The translations under genes and the position numbers were made by a program. From Kofleriaceae bacterium (GTDB lineage Bacteria; Myxococcota_A; Polyangia; Haliangiales; Haliangiaceae), in assembly GCA_965215005.1 (NCBI GenBank), contig CBDCCZ010000009.1:1-64000 (forward strand): a DNA stretch of 64,000 nt, read 5' to 3'. Positions 22,946 through 32,829 of the stretch are shown in pieces. The first letter of the stretch is position 1. The number at the start of each line of letters is the position of its first letter. Below the pieces are notes generated by a model that worked only from the letters and a program-made list of their open reading frames with translations, was not told the DNA's origin and ran no database searches.

Positions 22946-24361
22946 GTGGCGAGAGCGAGGCTGCTGGTGGTGGACGACGAGCCTTACTCCGCGGAGCACG
23001 TGGGGATATTGCTCGGCGCCGACGCTCACGAGATCATCAGCGCTTGCGAGGGCAGCCGCGCTATCGAGCTCGCAACCGTTGCCGCGCGTGAGGGCGCCGC
23101 GTTCGACGTGGTTCTACTGGACTACTACATGCCCGGGGTCGGTGGCGTGGACGTACTGCGCGAGCTCGGCAACCGCGGCATCGACTCTCGCATCATTTTG
23201 ATGAGTGGTCGTGAGCCCGGCGAGGTCGCGGTGGAAGCCATGCGCCTCGGGGCCTTTGACTTCATCTCCAAGCCATTGGGCAAGGCCGAGCTGCGGCTGC
23301 GTGTCGAGCGGGCGCTTCGCGATCGCCGGGCTGCAAAGCAGCTCAAAGCAAGCGGCGGCGGTGGCGGCAAGCGGCGACCGCGCAAGAGCGACGTCATCAT
23401 CGGCGGTGGCAGCTGGATCAAGGGTCTCTACGAGCGCATCTCCATGGTTGCTCCCACCGACGTCACAGTGGCGATCGCCGGTGAGAGTGGCACTGGTAAG
23501 GAGCTGGTTGCCCGCACGATCCACGCCCTTTCCGATCGTTTCGAGGCACCGCTGGTGGTCGTCAACTGCGCGGCGATTCCCGAGAATCTGCTCGAGGATG
23601 AGCTGTTTGGGCACGTCAAAGGCGCCTTTACCGATGCCACCCGCGATCGAGAAGGGCTGTTTTCTGCGGCCGATACTGGAACGCTGTTTCTCGACGAGAT
23701 TGGCGAGATGCCGCTGGCGCTGCAGGTCAAGCTGCTGCGGGTGCTGCAGTCGCAGGAGTTTCGCCGCATCGGCGATGATCGCGACAGCAAGGTCGATGTA
23801 CGGCTGATCACGGCGACCAATCGTGACCTCGAGAAAGCGGTGGCGGCGGGAACGTTTCGGCAAGACTTGTTCTATCGCATCAACGTGTTTCCGCTGGAGC
23901 TGCCGCCGCTGCGCGAGCGCCGTGAGGATGTCGCGCTGCTCGCGCACCACTTCTTGCTCAAGCACCGCGTCAAGGTCGGCAAAAAGGTCGAGGGCTTCAC
24001 GCCGGCGGCGCTGATGAAGCTAGCCAGCTACGACTTTCCCGGGAATGTGCGCGAGCTCGAGAACAAGGTGCACCATGCGCTGGTGATGGCGCAGGGGACC
24101 TACATTCAACCGCACGACATCCCGATTGGCTCGGCGTTGGCGGTGGCACCGGGTCGCATGGACTTGCAGCGAACGTTTCGCGAGCTCAAACGCGACGTCG
24201 TCGAATCGTTCGAGGCCGAGTACACCCGTGAGCTGTTGCGTTCGCATCAGGGCAATTTGGCCGCGGCGGCGCGGCAGGCGGGAATGGATCGCAAGAACCT
24301 GTGGGCCTTGGCGAAGAAGTACGAAATCGACGTGCAGAACTTTCGCGAGCAAAAGAAATAG
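22946..24361 (+). CDS. Sigma54-dependent response regulator (NtrC/AtoC family)
   Basis: REC (VVDDE, LLDYYMP, SKP), [29 protein letters not shown], Fis-type HTH. Confidence 0.95.
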   Translation: MARARLLVVDDEPYSAEHVGILLGADAHEIISACEGSRAIELATVAAREGAAFDVVLLDYYMPGVGGVDVLRELGNRGIDSRIILMSGREPGEVAVEAMRLGAFDFISKPLGKAELRLRVERALRDRRAAKQLKASGGGGGKRRPRKSDVIIGGGSWIKGLYERISMVAPTDVTVAIAGESGTGKELVARTIHALSDRFEAPLVVVNCAAIPENLLEDELFGHVKGAFTDATRDREGLFSAADTGTLFLDEIGEMPLALQVKLLRVLQSQEFRRIGDDRDSKVDVRLITATNRDLEKAVAAGTFRQDLFYRINVFPLELPPLRERREDVALLAHHFLLKHRVKVGKKVEGFTPAALMKLASYDFPGNVRELENKVHHALVMAQGTYIQPHDIPIGSALAVAPGRMDLQRTFRELKRDVVESFEAEYTRELLRSHQGNLAAAARQAGMDRKNLWALAKKYEIDVQNFREQKK

Positions 24362-24595
24362 CGAGAGTTGCCAAGCGTTGCGAGGTAGCCGTGGTCACTT
24401 TGCCTCGCGTGTAGATCGTAAGCTGATGGGACAAATACGCCGTAACTGCCTGATTCGACGCAGCCATATTATTTGGTAATTAGGCTTGTGGTTTTGATCC
24501 CGCAAATGGCGTTTCGCGAGTAGAGCTGCCCGAGCGGCCAAAATGCCGCAAACTAGGCCACTGCTTGGGTTTTCTAGCTTACGTGTTCTACCAGG

Positions 24596-27001
24596 GTGAT
24601 ATGGCGTAACTATTGCTCTGCTGGACCTCGACTTCTCCGGGAAAGGTTGTCGATGGTCCCACGCTGGTATGGTTGTCGGTTTGCTGCGATCGCTGCGCTC
24701 GTCTTGGTGAGCTCGTTTGCTTGCGAGGCGCCCCAGGAGGCGCTGCAGCAGACCCGCCGCGCGGTCGGTGGCGTGGAGCGCACGGCTGTGGTGGCCAGTG
24801 CAACGGGTGCCGCCATTGGCGACGAGGTAATCGTCCGCGTGCGGCCCGAGGTCGAGGTAGCCGCGCTAGCCGCGGCTTACGGCGGACGCATCGCGTGGCA
24901 CGCTACGCGAGTCGATCGCTACGCGCTCCGCTTCGATGATGCGGAGGCTGCTAGTCGCGCGGCGGATGCGTTGAGTAGCGATCCGCAGGTTCTCGACGTG
25001 GCGAAGAACCGCGTCACCACCGGTACGGGTATCGGCACATCGCCCATTGAGCTGCGCCGGCTGCAGTGGAACTTGGCGGCGCTGCGGCTATCGACCAACA
25101 CCAGCGGACGCAGCGCCGAAGGAGTGGTGGTCGCAGTTCTCGACACCGGGTTGGCGTATGAGGACTATGCCGACGAGCGCGGCAGCTACCAGCTCGCGCC
25201 GGATCTCGCTGAGGTCGAGCTCGTTGCCGGCTATGACTTCGTGAACGACGACGCCCATCCCAATGATGACAATGGCCATGGCACCCACGTCGCCGGGGTG
25301 ATTGCCGCCTCGAGCGGCATCGCTGCCATCGCCCCCGAGGTCGACATCATGCCGATCAAGGTGCTCGATGCTGACAATCGCGGCACCGAGCTGGCATTGA
25401 CCGAGGGCATCTTCTTCGCCGTCGATCACGGCGCCGACGTCATCAATCTGTCGCTGGCGTTTCCGCCCGAGTACTTTCCGTCGCGCTATTTGCAAGCGGC
25501 TATCGACTATGCGAGCGCCGCCGGCGTCATTATTGTTGCCGCGGCGGGCAACGACGGTGCCGATACCGTGAGCTATCCAGCTGCGTTTCGCGACGTCATC
25601 GCCGTTGGCGGCTCCCGGTTGGCGAGCGGCTATCCCAAAATGGCCACGCGCGGCTGGTGGCTCGCAGACTGGCTGCTCACTCCTGCGGCGTATTCCAATC
25701 GCGGCTATTTGCTCGACGTGCTCGCGCCGGGCGGTGATCTGGCCTCTGATGTCGATCGTGACGGCAACCCGGAGGCGGTGCTTGCGCAGACGCTCGGCGA
25801 GGGCGGCGGCTTCGATTATCGCTTCTATGCCGGCACCTCACAGGCGGCGGCGCAAATTTCTGGATTGGCAGCGCTGATGCGCGCCAAGAACCCGCAGCTG
25901 TCGCCGGCCCAGGTGCGCGCTGCCCTCGGAGATACCGCCCGCCAAACGGGATTTTTAGCGCTATCGCGGACGACGGGCCGCGGATTCGTGCGCGCGGATC
26001 GGGCGCTGCAGCTAGCTGCTGCCGGCCCTGCCGCTGCTACCGAGCTCGGTGCCAGTGTCTATTTATCGCTGCACGACTATGGCTTTGGGCCCATCGCTCG
26101 TGCCGAGGTCGAGGTGCTCGATGGCGCTGGCAACCCGGTGCCAATGGCACTTGTGTACGCAACGTTTTCTGGCGGCGCCTCGGCATCGAGCGCCTGGCTC
26201 ACGGGGGCAGACGGCAGGGCAACGTTTTATTCGCCGGTGCTGGCCGATGAGCTGCCGCTCGCTGCCTTTCAAGTGGATGCGGTGGAGGTGCGCAACGAAG
26301 GGGTGCGCCGTTTGGAGCGGCCACGTGGCGCGATGCGCATCGATAGCTGCTCTCTGCAGGCCTTAGCCGACTTCTCGACCTCAGGCGCGGGCATCGGCAC
26401 CAGCCCTTTGACGGTGCGCTATCAGCTCGGCGACGCGAAATCCAGCGAGCTGGCTGCGGTGAGCCTGGTCAACTTCTCGTGGGCGCTGGCCACGGTGCCC
26501 ATGGCAGTGGCCGCGCGTGCCGATTGGTTTGCGGGCCAGTTTCCTGGCTACGAAAGCTCGAGTGTGGTGAGCACTGGTAGCGGCATTGGGACCAGCCCAA
26601 TCACCATCCAGCTGCAACGCGCGGGGTTGCCAGGCGATGCGGTGCCTGCTGCCGAATGCATCGAGCTCATCCTAAGCACGTACAACGGAGGCGCCGGCAT
26701 CGGGACCAGCCCCTATCGCATGCAAGCGGCTTGTGAAGATTGCGCCGCGGTCGATGCGACCCTTGCCGAGCTTTGGAGCTTCCACGTATCCGGCGCCGGC
26801 ATCGGTACCTCGCCGGTGTGGCAAGCGAGCCGTGGCATATCGCTGGAGCTGTTCGAGCAGCTCGCTCGCATGATGTCGAGCTACGCGACCTTCGGCGGTC
26901 TCGCGGCGGGCACCAGTGTTGGCGATTATGGCCGTCTGCTGGAGGCCGCTGGCGCTCGAGCAGGCGTCGCAGCCGAGCATGCGGGGCTCGAGATTCCTTA
27001 A
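24596..27001 (+). CDS. Exported S8 subtilisin-like serine protease with five GxGIGTSP motifs
   Basis: Triad motifs VLDTG, NGHGTHVAG, GTSQAA and oxyanion AAAGND; hydrophobic segment ending SFAC; start may be about 24653. Confidence 0.9.
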   Translation: MIWRNYCSAGPRLLRERLSMVPRWYGCRFAAIAALVLVSSFACEAPQEALQQTRRAVGGVERTAVVASATGAAIGDEVIVRVRPEVEVAALAAAYGGRIAWHATRVDRYALRFDDAEAASRAADALSSDPQVLDVAKNRVTTGTGIGTSPIELRRLQWNLAALRLSTNTSGRSAEGVVVAVLDTGLAYEDYADERGSYQLAPDLAEVELVAGYDFVNDDAHPNDDNGHGTHVAGVIAASSGIAAIAPEVDIMPIKVLDADNRGTELALTEGIFFAVDHGADVINLSLAFPPEYFPSRYLQAAIDYASAAGVIIVAAAGNDGADTVSYPAAFRDVIAVGGSRLASGYPKMATRGWWLADWLLTPAAYSNRGYLLDVLAPGGDLASDVDRDGNPEAVLAQTLGEGGGFDYRFYAGTSQAAAQISGLAALMRAKNPQLSPAQVRAALGDTARQTGFLALSRTTGRGFVRADRALQLAAAGPAAATELGASVYLSLHDYGFGPIARAEVEVLDGAGNPVPMALVYATFSGGASASSAWLTGADGRATFYSPVLADELPLAAFQVDAVEVRNEGVRRLERPRGAMRIDSCSLQALADFSTSGAGIGTSPLTVRYQLGDAKSSELAAVSLVNFSWALATVPMAVAARADWFAGQFPGYESSSVVSTGSGIGTSPITIQLQRAGLPGDAVPAAECIELILSTYNGGAGIGTSPYRMQAACEDCAAVDATLAELWSFHVSGAGIGTSPVWQASRGISLELFEQLARMMSSYATFGGLAAGTSVGDYGRLLEAAGARAGVAAEHAGLEIP

Positions 27002-27049
27002 CCATCGCGACGCGCGGCGTTCTGCGAAAGCAGGCGCCGCGCGCGCTAG

Positions 27050-30000
27050 TTACGCCGCGGGAATGCGAAACGAGAAGGTAGCGCCTTTGCCTAGCTCGCT
27101 CGTGACCCAGATCGTGCCGCCGTGGCGAGTGACAATTTCGCGGCTGATATAGAGGCCGAGACCGATGCCACTCGAGCGCTGCTCGCCGGCGCCTTGGGCG
27201 TACTTCTCGAAGAGGCGTGCGCGAATGTCTTCGCTCATACCGGGGCCGTTGTCGCGGACGTCGACCCGCACGTAAAGGCGGGTGACGTCGCTGTCGACGA
27301 CGAGCGGCGACCAGGCGGCGTCGCCGCGAGCCAAGGGCAAGGGCGCGTCAGGGTCATCTTCGGAGAGTCGTTCGGTGCGGACGCTGATGGCGATAGCGCC
27401 GTCGGTGGGGGTGAACTTGACCGCGTTGTTGAGGATGTTCGACAGAACCTGAGCGATGCGATCGGGATTGCCGAGAGCGGTGGTGGCGAGACGGGAGGTG
27501 TCGGCGCGAATGTCGATGCGCTTGTGCTCACAAACCGGGCGGTACGTATCGACGACGTCGCGCAGGAGCTCGGCCATGTCGAACGGAGCCAGCGACCACT
27601 CGACGTTGCCGGTTTCGTGGCGAGACAGCTCGAGGACGTTGTCGACCAAGCGGCGCAGACGCTCGGCGTCGCGGCGAATGCGGGTGAATAGCTCTTCGGC
27701 TTCCATGCCGAGCGCACGCATCTCTTCATCACTTTGGCCGATATCGGCGTAGCCGAGAATGCCGGCTAGCGGGTTGCGAATCTCGTGGGCGAGGATCGCT
27801 ACGAGCTCGCTCTTGCGCTTCTCTTCGACCAAGAGGCGCGAGTTTTCGATTGCAAGCGCGACCTGCGCCGCAAACGCCTCGAGCAAGGTCAAGTCGACAT
27901 CATGCTCTTCGAAGGCGAGACGGCGGCTGTCGATGTAGATGATGCCGATGATGCGGCCGTGAGCGCGCAGCGGCGCGCACATGATCTGCCGAAGTCCCAA
28001 GGCCACCACGCTCTTCTGTTCGCGCAGCTCATCTTCGTCGGCGATGTCGGCGACGCTCACGGCTTCTCCCGAGCCGGCGACGCGACGCACGATGGTGCCC
28101 GAGAACTCGGCTTCGTCGCGGGCGAACCCCCTGGCGCCGGGACGCAGCCGGCGCAAGCGCTCGCGTGGTCGACCGGAATCGTCCAAGAGCAGCACGAAGC
28201 CGCGCTCGAAGCGCGTAAGCGCCAAGATTTTGTCGAGCGCAATTTCGAGCAGCCGCTCGACCTCGACGTTTGCTACCGCTTGCGTGAGCTCGAGCAAGAG
28301 GTCGAGACCGCGGCGGCGCAGGCCGCGTGCAGAACGGGCGCTTCGCACGCTGCTGATGGCGCCCAGCGACGCCCCCAATGCGCGCTGTCGTGCCCGCGCG
28401 GCGGTGAGATCCCAACGCGCTCCGAGCGCCGCGAACGCTTCGATGGCAACGGCGATAGTCTGGGTTGCCGCGTCGAGATCGCCACGAGCTGCGGCGATCT
28501 CGGCAGCTTCCATGTCGACTTTTGCGCCCTCGTAGCGGGCGCCCAGGCTGCTGATGAGCTCGCGCGCGCGATCGATGAACCACGCAGCCGAGTCGCGGTC
28601 GCCCTGCAGGCGCAGCGCGTGCGCCACAACGCGGTGCAGAATGCCTTCTTCGAGCCGCGTGCCGGCGTCTTTGGCTTCGCGAGCGGCGTCGATGGCGGCA
28701 TCGAGAGCAACCTCGATGCGCCCCGCGGCGATGTCGAGCTCGCACATCCGCCGCCGCGTCTCGATGGTGTCCTCGCGCGCGCCGATGTGCTCGAACCGCT
28801 GCATGGCGCTCTCGAAGCAGTCGCGAGCTTGGCTGAGCTCGCCCATGCGGAACAACGTCTCGCCGCGGTTGCCGAGGATCATCGCCGCCATATGCGCGTG
28901 ACCGGTCTTGTCGGCGACTCGTGCCGCGCGCTCGAAGGAGGCCAACGCATCGCCATGCTGCCCCAAGTCGCGATACAGCGACCCGAGGTTGTTTAGCGCA
29001 TTCACCAGCTCAGATTGTTCACCTTGGCGCTCGCACAGGCGGCGGAAGCGCTCCCAAGAGACACGTGCTCGCTCCCAGTCGCCTTGGAAGTAACAGGCGG
29101 CGCCGAGGTTGTTGAGGGAGCGTGCAGCTTGCTCGATGTGGCCCAGCCGCTCGACGACAGCGATGGCTTTCTCGAGCGCTTCGATGGCGCGCGCGTAGTC
29201 GCCGGCGTGAATCGCGGCGCGGCCAGTCTCGTGCAGCACGCCGGCGGTGAGTAGCTCATCGCCCACCGCTTCGGCGTGAGCGAGCGCGACGTCGAGCTGC
29301 TCGAGCGCGGCGCGGGTGTCGCCTTGATAGATATCGACCGCCGCACGCAATCGGCCGAGCTCGGCAGCGGTCTCGCGATCGCCGGTGCTCTGCGCGATTA
29401 CTAGCCCCGCGACCGTGTGCTCCATGGCGGCTTTGTAGTCGGCGCGATACATCAGCACCCAACCGATGCGCAAGTGACAACGAGCTTCCTCGGTCACCAG
29501 TCGATGGGCTCGCGCTTCGCCCAAGGCTGCCATCAGCGTGGCCAGTGCGGTGTCGCCCTCGCCGCGCCGTCGCTGTAGCTCGCCGAGACGAAGCGCGACG
29601 CGGACTCGCGCGGCCGGCAGCTGCGTCGTTGCCAGCGCACGCTCATAGCTCGTGCACGCATCGTCGGTATCGCCGATGAGGCTTTGCAGATCTCCGAGGC
29701 GCTCGTCGACGAGAGCGGCCTCGGCCGAATCGTGAATCTGCGGCCGAACGCGTTGGTACCACTGCAGGGACCCGTAGTGGTCGTAGCTCTGGGCGTGGCC
29801 CTTTGCCGCCGCCAGCCCATACGACACCGAGCGCTCGTCATCGCCAATCGCTTGGTAGTGTCGGGCCAGCTGCGCGGCAACTTCGACGCGCGCGGCGGGA
29901 CCGCGAGCTTCGAGCACGGCAGCGGCGCGGCGATGTAGCTCGAGCCTCTGCTCGACGTCGAGCTCGTCATACAGCACGCTCGCCAAGCCGTGCTGCGCGA

Positions 30001-31873
30001 AGCGAAACGCACCGGTCGCGGCATCGCCGGCCAAGACGTGGGCGCGCGCCGCTTCGGCGAGCGCTGCATCCGCGTCGTCATCCGCACCGCCAAGAAGCGC
30101 CGCCGCGGTGTCGCGATCGAAGCTATCGCCTAGCACCGCAGCGACCTCGAGCGCGCGCCGCGCCGCCGGCGGCAGGGCCTGAGCACGCGCATGTGCTGCC
30201 GCCAGCGCGTCGCTTGGAACCGGGATGGTGGGTTTGCGATGGCGCAAGATCCAGCGACCGCGCTCGCGCGCGACCTCGCCGCTGCCAACGAGCAGCTCGA
30301 GCGCTCGCGTCGCATGGGACGGATTGCCGCCAGAAGCGCGATAGAGGTCATCCGCTAGCGCATCGCCGATATCGTCGTCGAAGGCTTGCGACGCCAGCCG
30401 CACGACGCTCAAGCGATCGATGGGTGGCAGGTGCATGAGCTGTCCATGCTCGGAATCGTCGACGGCGGCATACAACCGGGCCGCGGAGTCGGCTGGATTA
30501 CCGTGCGCCTGATCGCGCGCCGCCATGACTAGCAGCACCGCGGAGTCGATGACCGAACGCGCCAAGTATGCGAGCAGCTCGGCGGTCGCTGAGTCGGCGA
30601 GGTGAGCGTCATCGACGGTGATGAGCACCGGATGCGTGGCTCCGACCTGCAGGACGACGCCGGTGACCGCTTCGGCGAGAGAAAACCGCGAGGCGCGATC
30701 GATGGGAGGCGCATCGCTGCGGCCGCCGAGCAGCGGCGCCAGCGCGGTCTGCCACTCTGGGTGTAGCTCGCGACTCGAGCCGCCAATACTGGCGAGTAGG
30801 CCACGCACCAGCATGGCGATGCCCGCGTAAGGTGTCTCGCGTCGCGTGGCCACCTCGGTGCTGAAAACCTGGCCGCCATCGAGCTGCACGTAGAGCTTGA
30901 GCTCTGCCATCAGCCGGCTCTTACCAATGCCTTCTTCGCCGATGAGCAGGGCGCACTGTCCCTGGCCGTTGCGAATCTCCGTCCATGCGCGCTGCAGCGT
31001 CGATAGATCGCGCTCACGGCCGACGAGCACCCCGCCGAGATCGATCAGTGGTCGGGTATCGGCAATCGCGAAGTGGGTGCCGGCAAGCTCGTTGATGCGC
31101 GCCAGCACCTCATCGGCAGTCTGCGGACGAGCGCCGGGCATCGGGTCGCAGAGTGCGACGACCAGCTCGGCCAGCGGTCGCGGTAGCGTCTTTACATGCG
31201 TGCAAGGGTCTTCGGGAGGTCCACGGCGTTGCGCCGCCAGTACCTCGCGCACGCTGCTGCCGCGGTACGGCAGCTCGCCGGTGAGCATTTGGTAGAGCAC
31301 GATGCCGAGCGCGTAGAGATCGGAGCGGGCATCGAGGCGACCCGCGTAGACCTCTGGCGCGGCATAGGGAAACGTGCCGCGTGCCGCTTGTGACGCGGGA
31401 TCATCGATGGCAGCGGCGAGGCCGAAGTCTGCAAGGCGCGCCGCGCGCTCGGGACTCTCTTGCAAGAGGCGCGCATCGACGAGCACGTTGGAGGGCTTGA
31501 TGTCCGCGTGCACCATCCCGCGCGCGTGAACCAGTGCGAGCGCGCGCAACATGCCGCCGATGAGGCGATAGAACAGCGGGGAGGGGACCTCGCTCACGGC
31601 TTCGAGCAGCGATGGTCCCTCGACATACTCCATGGTGAAGAAGTCGTGGCCCGAGTCGGTGAGGCCGTAATCGATGACCGAGACGATGTTGTCGTGTTTG
31701 AGTCGCGCTAACGCGAGAAACTCGCTGCGCAAGTTGGCGGCGCCGTGCGCTCGCGGCATCACCTTCATCGCGTAGATCGCACCGCTGCCGCGATCTCGGA
31801 CCCGGTTGACGACACCAAGACCACCTGAGCCGATCCGGTCCAGGACCTGGTAGCGCTCCGTGGACGAGGTCAT
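27050..31873 (-). CDS. Hybrid Ser/Thr kinase-AAA-TPR-GAF-histidine kinase
   Basis: GSGGLG, HADIKPSN, DFG, APE; GEEGIGKS; TPR array (SLNNLG); GAF (IMCAPL..IYIDS); AHEIRNPL, N box, DNGPG, GIGLGL. Confidence 0.93.
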   Translation of the reverse strand: MTSSTERYQVLDRIGSGGLGVVNRVRDRGSGAIYAMKVMPRAHGAANLRSEFLALARLKHDNIVSVIDYGLTDSGHDFFTMEYVEGPSLLEAVSEVPSPLFYRLIGGMLRALALVHARGMVHADIKPSNVLVDARLLQESPERAARLADFGLAAAIDDPASQAARGTFPYAAPEVYAGRLDARSDLYALGIVLYQMLTGELPYRGSSVREVLAAQRRGPPEDPCTHVKTLPRPLAELVVALCDPMPGARPQTADEVLARINELAGTHFAIADTRPLIDLGGVLVGRERDLSTLQRAWTEIRNGQGQCALLIGEEGIGKSRLMAELKLYVQLDGGQVFSTEVATRRETPYAGIAMLVRGLLASIGGSSRELHPEWQTALAPLLGGRSDAPPIDRASRFSLAEAVTGVVLQVGATHPVLITVDDAHLADSATAELLAYLARSVIDSAVLLVMAARDQAHGNPADSAARLYAAVDDSEHGQLMHLPPIDRLSVVRLASQAFDDDIGDALADDLYRASGGNPSHATRALELLVGSGEVARERGRWILRHRKPTIPVPSDALAAAHARAQALPPAARRALEVAAVLGDSFDRDTAAALLGGADDDADAALAEAARAHVLAGDAATGAFRFAQHGLASVLYDELDVEQRLELHRRAAAVLEARGPAARVEVAAQLARHYQAIGDDERSVSYGLAAAKGHAQSYDHYGSLQWYQRVRPQIHDSAEAALVDERLGDLQSLIGDTDDACTSYERALATTQLPAARVRVALRLGELQRRRGEGDTALATLMAALGEARAHRLVTEEARCHLRIGWVLMYRADYKAAMEHTVAGLVIAQSTGDRETAAELGRLRAAVDIYQGDTRAALEQLDVALAHAEAVGDELLTAGVLHETGRAAIHAGDYARAIEALEKAIAVVERLGHIEQAARSLNNLGAACYFQGDWERARVSWERFRRLCERQGEQSELVNALNNLGSLYRDLGQHGDALASFERAARVADKTGHAHMAAMILGNRGETLFRMGELSQARDCFESAMQRFEHIGAREDTIETRRRMCELDIAAGRIEVALDAAIDAAREAKDAGTRLEEGILHRVVAHALRLQGDRDSAAWFIDRARELISSLGARYEGAKVDMEAAEIAAARGDLDAATQTIAVAIEAFAALGARWDLTAARARQRALGASLGAISSVRSARSARGLRRRGLDLLLELTQAVANVEVERLLEIALDKILALTRFERGFVLLLDDSGRPRERLRRLRPGARGFARDEAEFSGTIVRRVAGSGEAVSVADIADEDELREQKSVVALGLRQIMCAPLRAHGRIIGIIYIDSRRLAFEEHDVDLTLLEAFAAQVALAIENSRLLVEEKRKSELVAILAHEIRNPLAGILGYADIGQSDEEMRALGMEAEELFTRIRRDAERLRRLVDNVLELSRHETGNVEWSLAPFDMAELLRDVVDTYRPVCEHKRIDIRADTSRLATTALGNPDRIAQVLSNILNNAVKFTPTDGAIAISVRTERLSEDDPDAPLPLARGDAAWSPLVVDSDVTRLYVRVDVRDNGPGMSEDIRARLFEKYAQGAGEQRSSGIGLGLYISREIVTRHGGTIWVTSELGKGATFSFRIPAA

Positions 31874-32019
31874 CGCTCGCCATCTTCGCTGCCCAGATCA
31901 CACTTCGCAAGGGCAGGTCAGCGACTGCCATCGCTGCCTGCGCGTTGAGCCGCGTTTGCAGCTGGAATGCTGGCTCCGGTGCCAAACACCGACGTGCGCT
32001 GAGAAAAATTGCGTCGGCG

Positions 32020-32050
32020 CGTGCGCGGCTCATCGGCAGTGCGGTCCCAA
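32020..32050 (+). promoter_or_regulatory. Candidate ECF promoter, copy 1 (upstream of tonB)
   Basis: CGTGCG-N16-CGGTCCCAA, 8 nt before ATG 32059. Confidence 0.6.
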
Positions 32051-32058
32051 CGGACCAG

Positions 32059-32829
32059 ATGCACAGGTGGCAATCCATAGGCGCAGCGCTGGTGGTGTCG
32101 CTGGCGGCGCACCTGGCGGTGGGTGGCCTACCTTCGTTGTGGCCGCCGGTGGAGCCGCGGCGGGATGCGCCGGAGCCGGTGCCGGTGGTGCTCGTGCCGG
32201 TGGCGATGAGCGGCGGGCAGGGCGCGGCGGCCGCGAGCGCGGTGGCAAACGCGGCAGCTAGCGATGAGCCTGCGGCGGCGCCTCGCCGAGCGTCGACGTC
32301 GGCACGGCGATCAAAAGCCCCGTCGGCGACGCCGCGACTCGAGAAGGTGCGGCAGCGCGCTCCGGTTGCGCTGGCGCCGAGCGATGCCGACGCGATGCGG
32401 CTTGGCTCGCTGGGTGGCGGAGTCTTGGGCGACGTTGGGGCACCGCCGGGAGGCATGTCTGGCGGTGGGGCCGGCGCCGGCGCGGGTGTAGGTCGTGGCT
32501 CCGGCGGCGCGGGGCGCGCAGGCGCAGGAAGCGGCGCTGGCTCAAGCGCGATCACGCGCTGGCCACGGGCGCTCAATGAACGGCGCATCGAGCTGCGGTA
32601 TCCGCCGGCGGCGCGCGCCCGCAAGCTCACCGGGCGCGTCGAGCTCGAGCTCGAGGTCGGTGCCGATGGCCGGGTGCATCACGCGTCCGTTCGTGCCGGC
32701 GCGGGTGAAGCCTTCGATAAAGCCGCGCTCGAATACGCACGCAAGCTGCGTTTCACCCCCGCGCTCGCAGGACAGCGCGCGGTAGCGGTTCGCATCGCGT
32801 GGACCGTCAACTTTCGAGGTGTTCGATGA
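32059..32829 (+). CDS. tonB: TonB family energy transducer
   Basis: SLAAH TM motif, Gly-rich spacer, YPPAAR...GRVEL...LRFTPA TonB_C. Confidence 0.85.
   Translation: MHRWQSIGAALVVSLAAHLAVGGLPSLWPPVEPRRDAPEPVPVVLVPVAMSGGQGAAAASAVANAAASDEPAAAPRRASTSARRSKAPSATPRLEKVRQRAPVALAPSDADAMRLGSLGGGVLGDVGAPPGGMSGGGAGAGAGVGRGSGGAGRAGAGSGAGSSAITRWPRALNERRIELRYPPAARARKLTGRVELELEVGADGRVHHASVRAGAGEAFDKAALEYARKLRFTPALAGQRAVAVRIAWTVNFRGVR

Noticed and set aside
24362..24650. Sigma54 -24/-12 promoter for the S8 protease
   Set aside because: The candidates I checked by eye (GG at 24508 and 24556) lack GC at the required spacing
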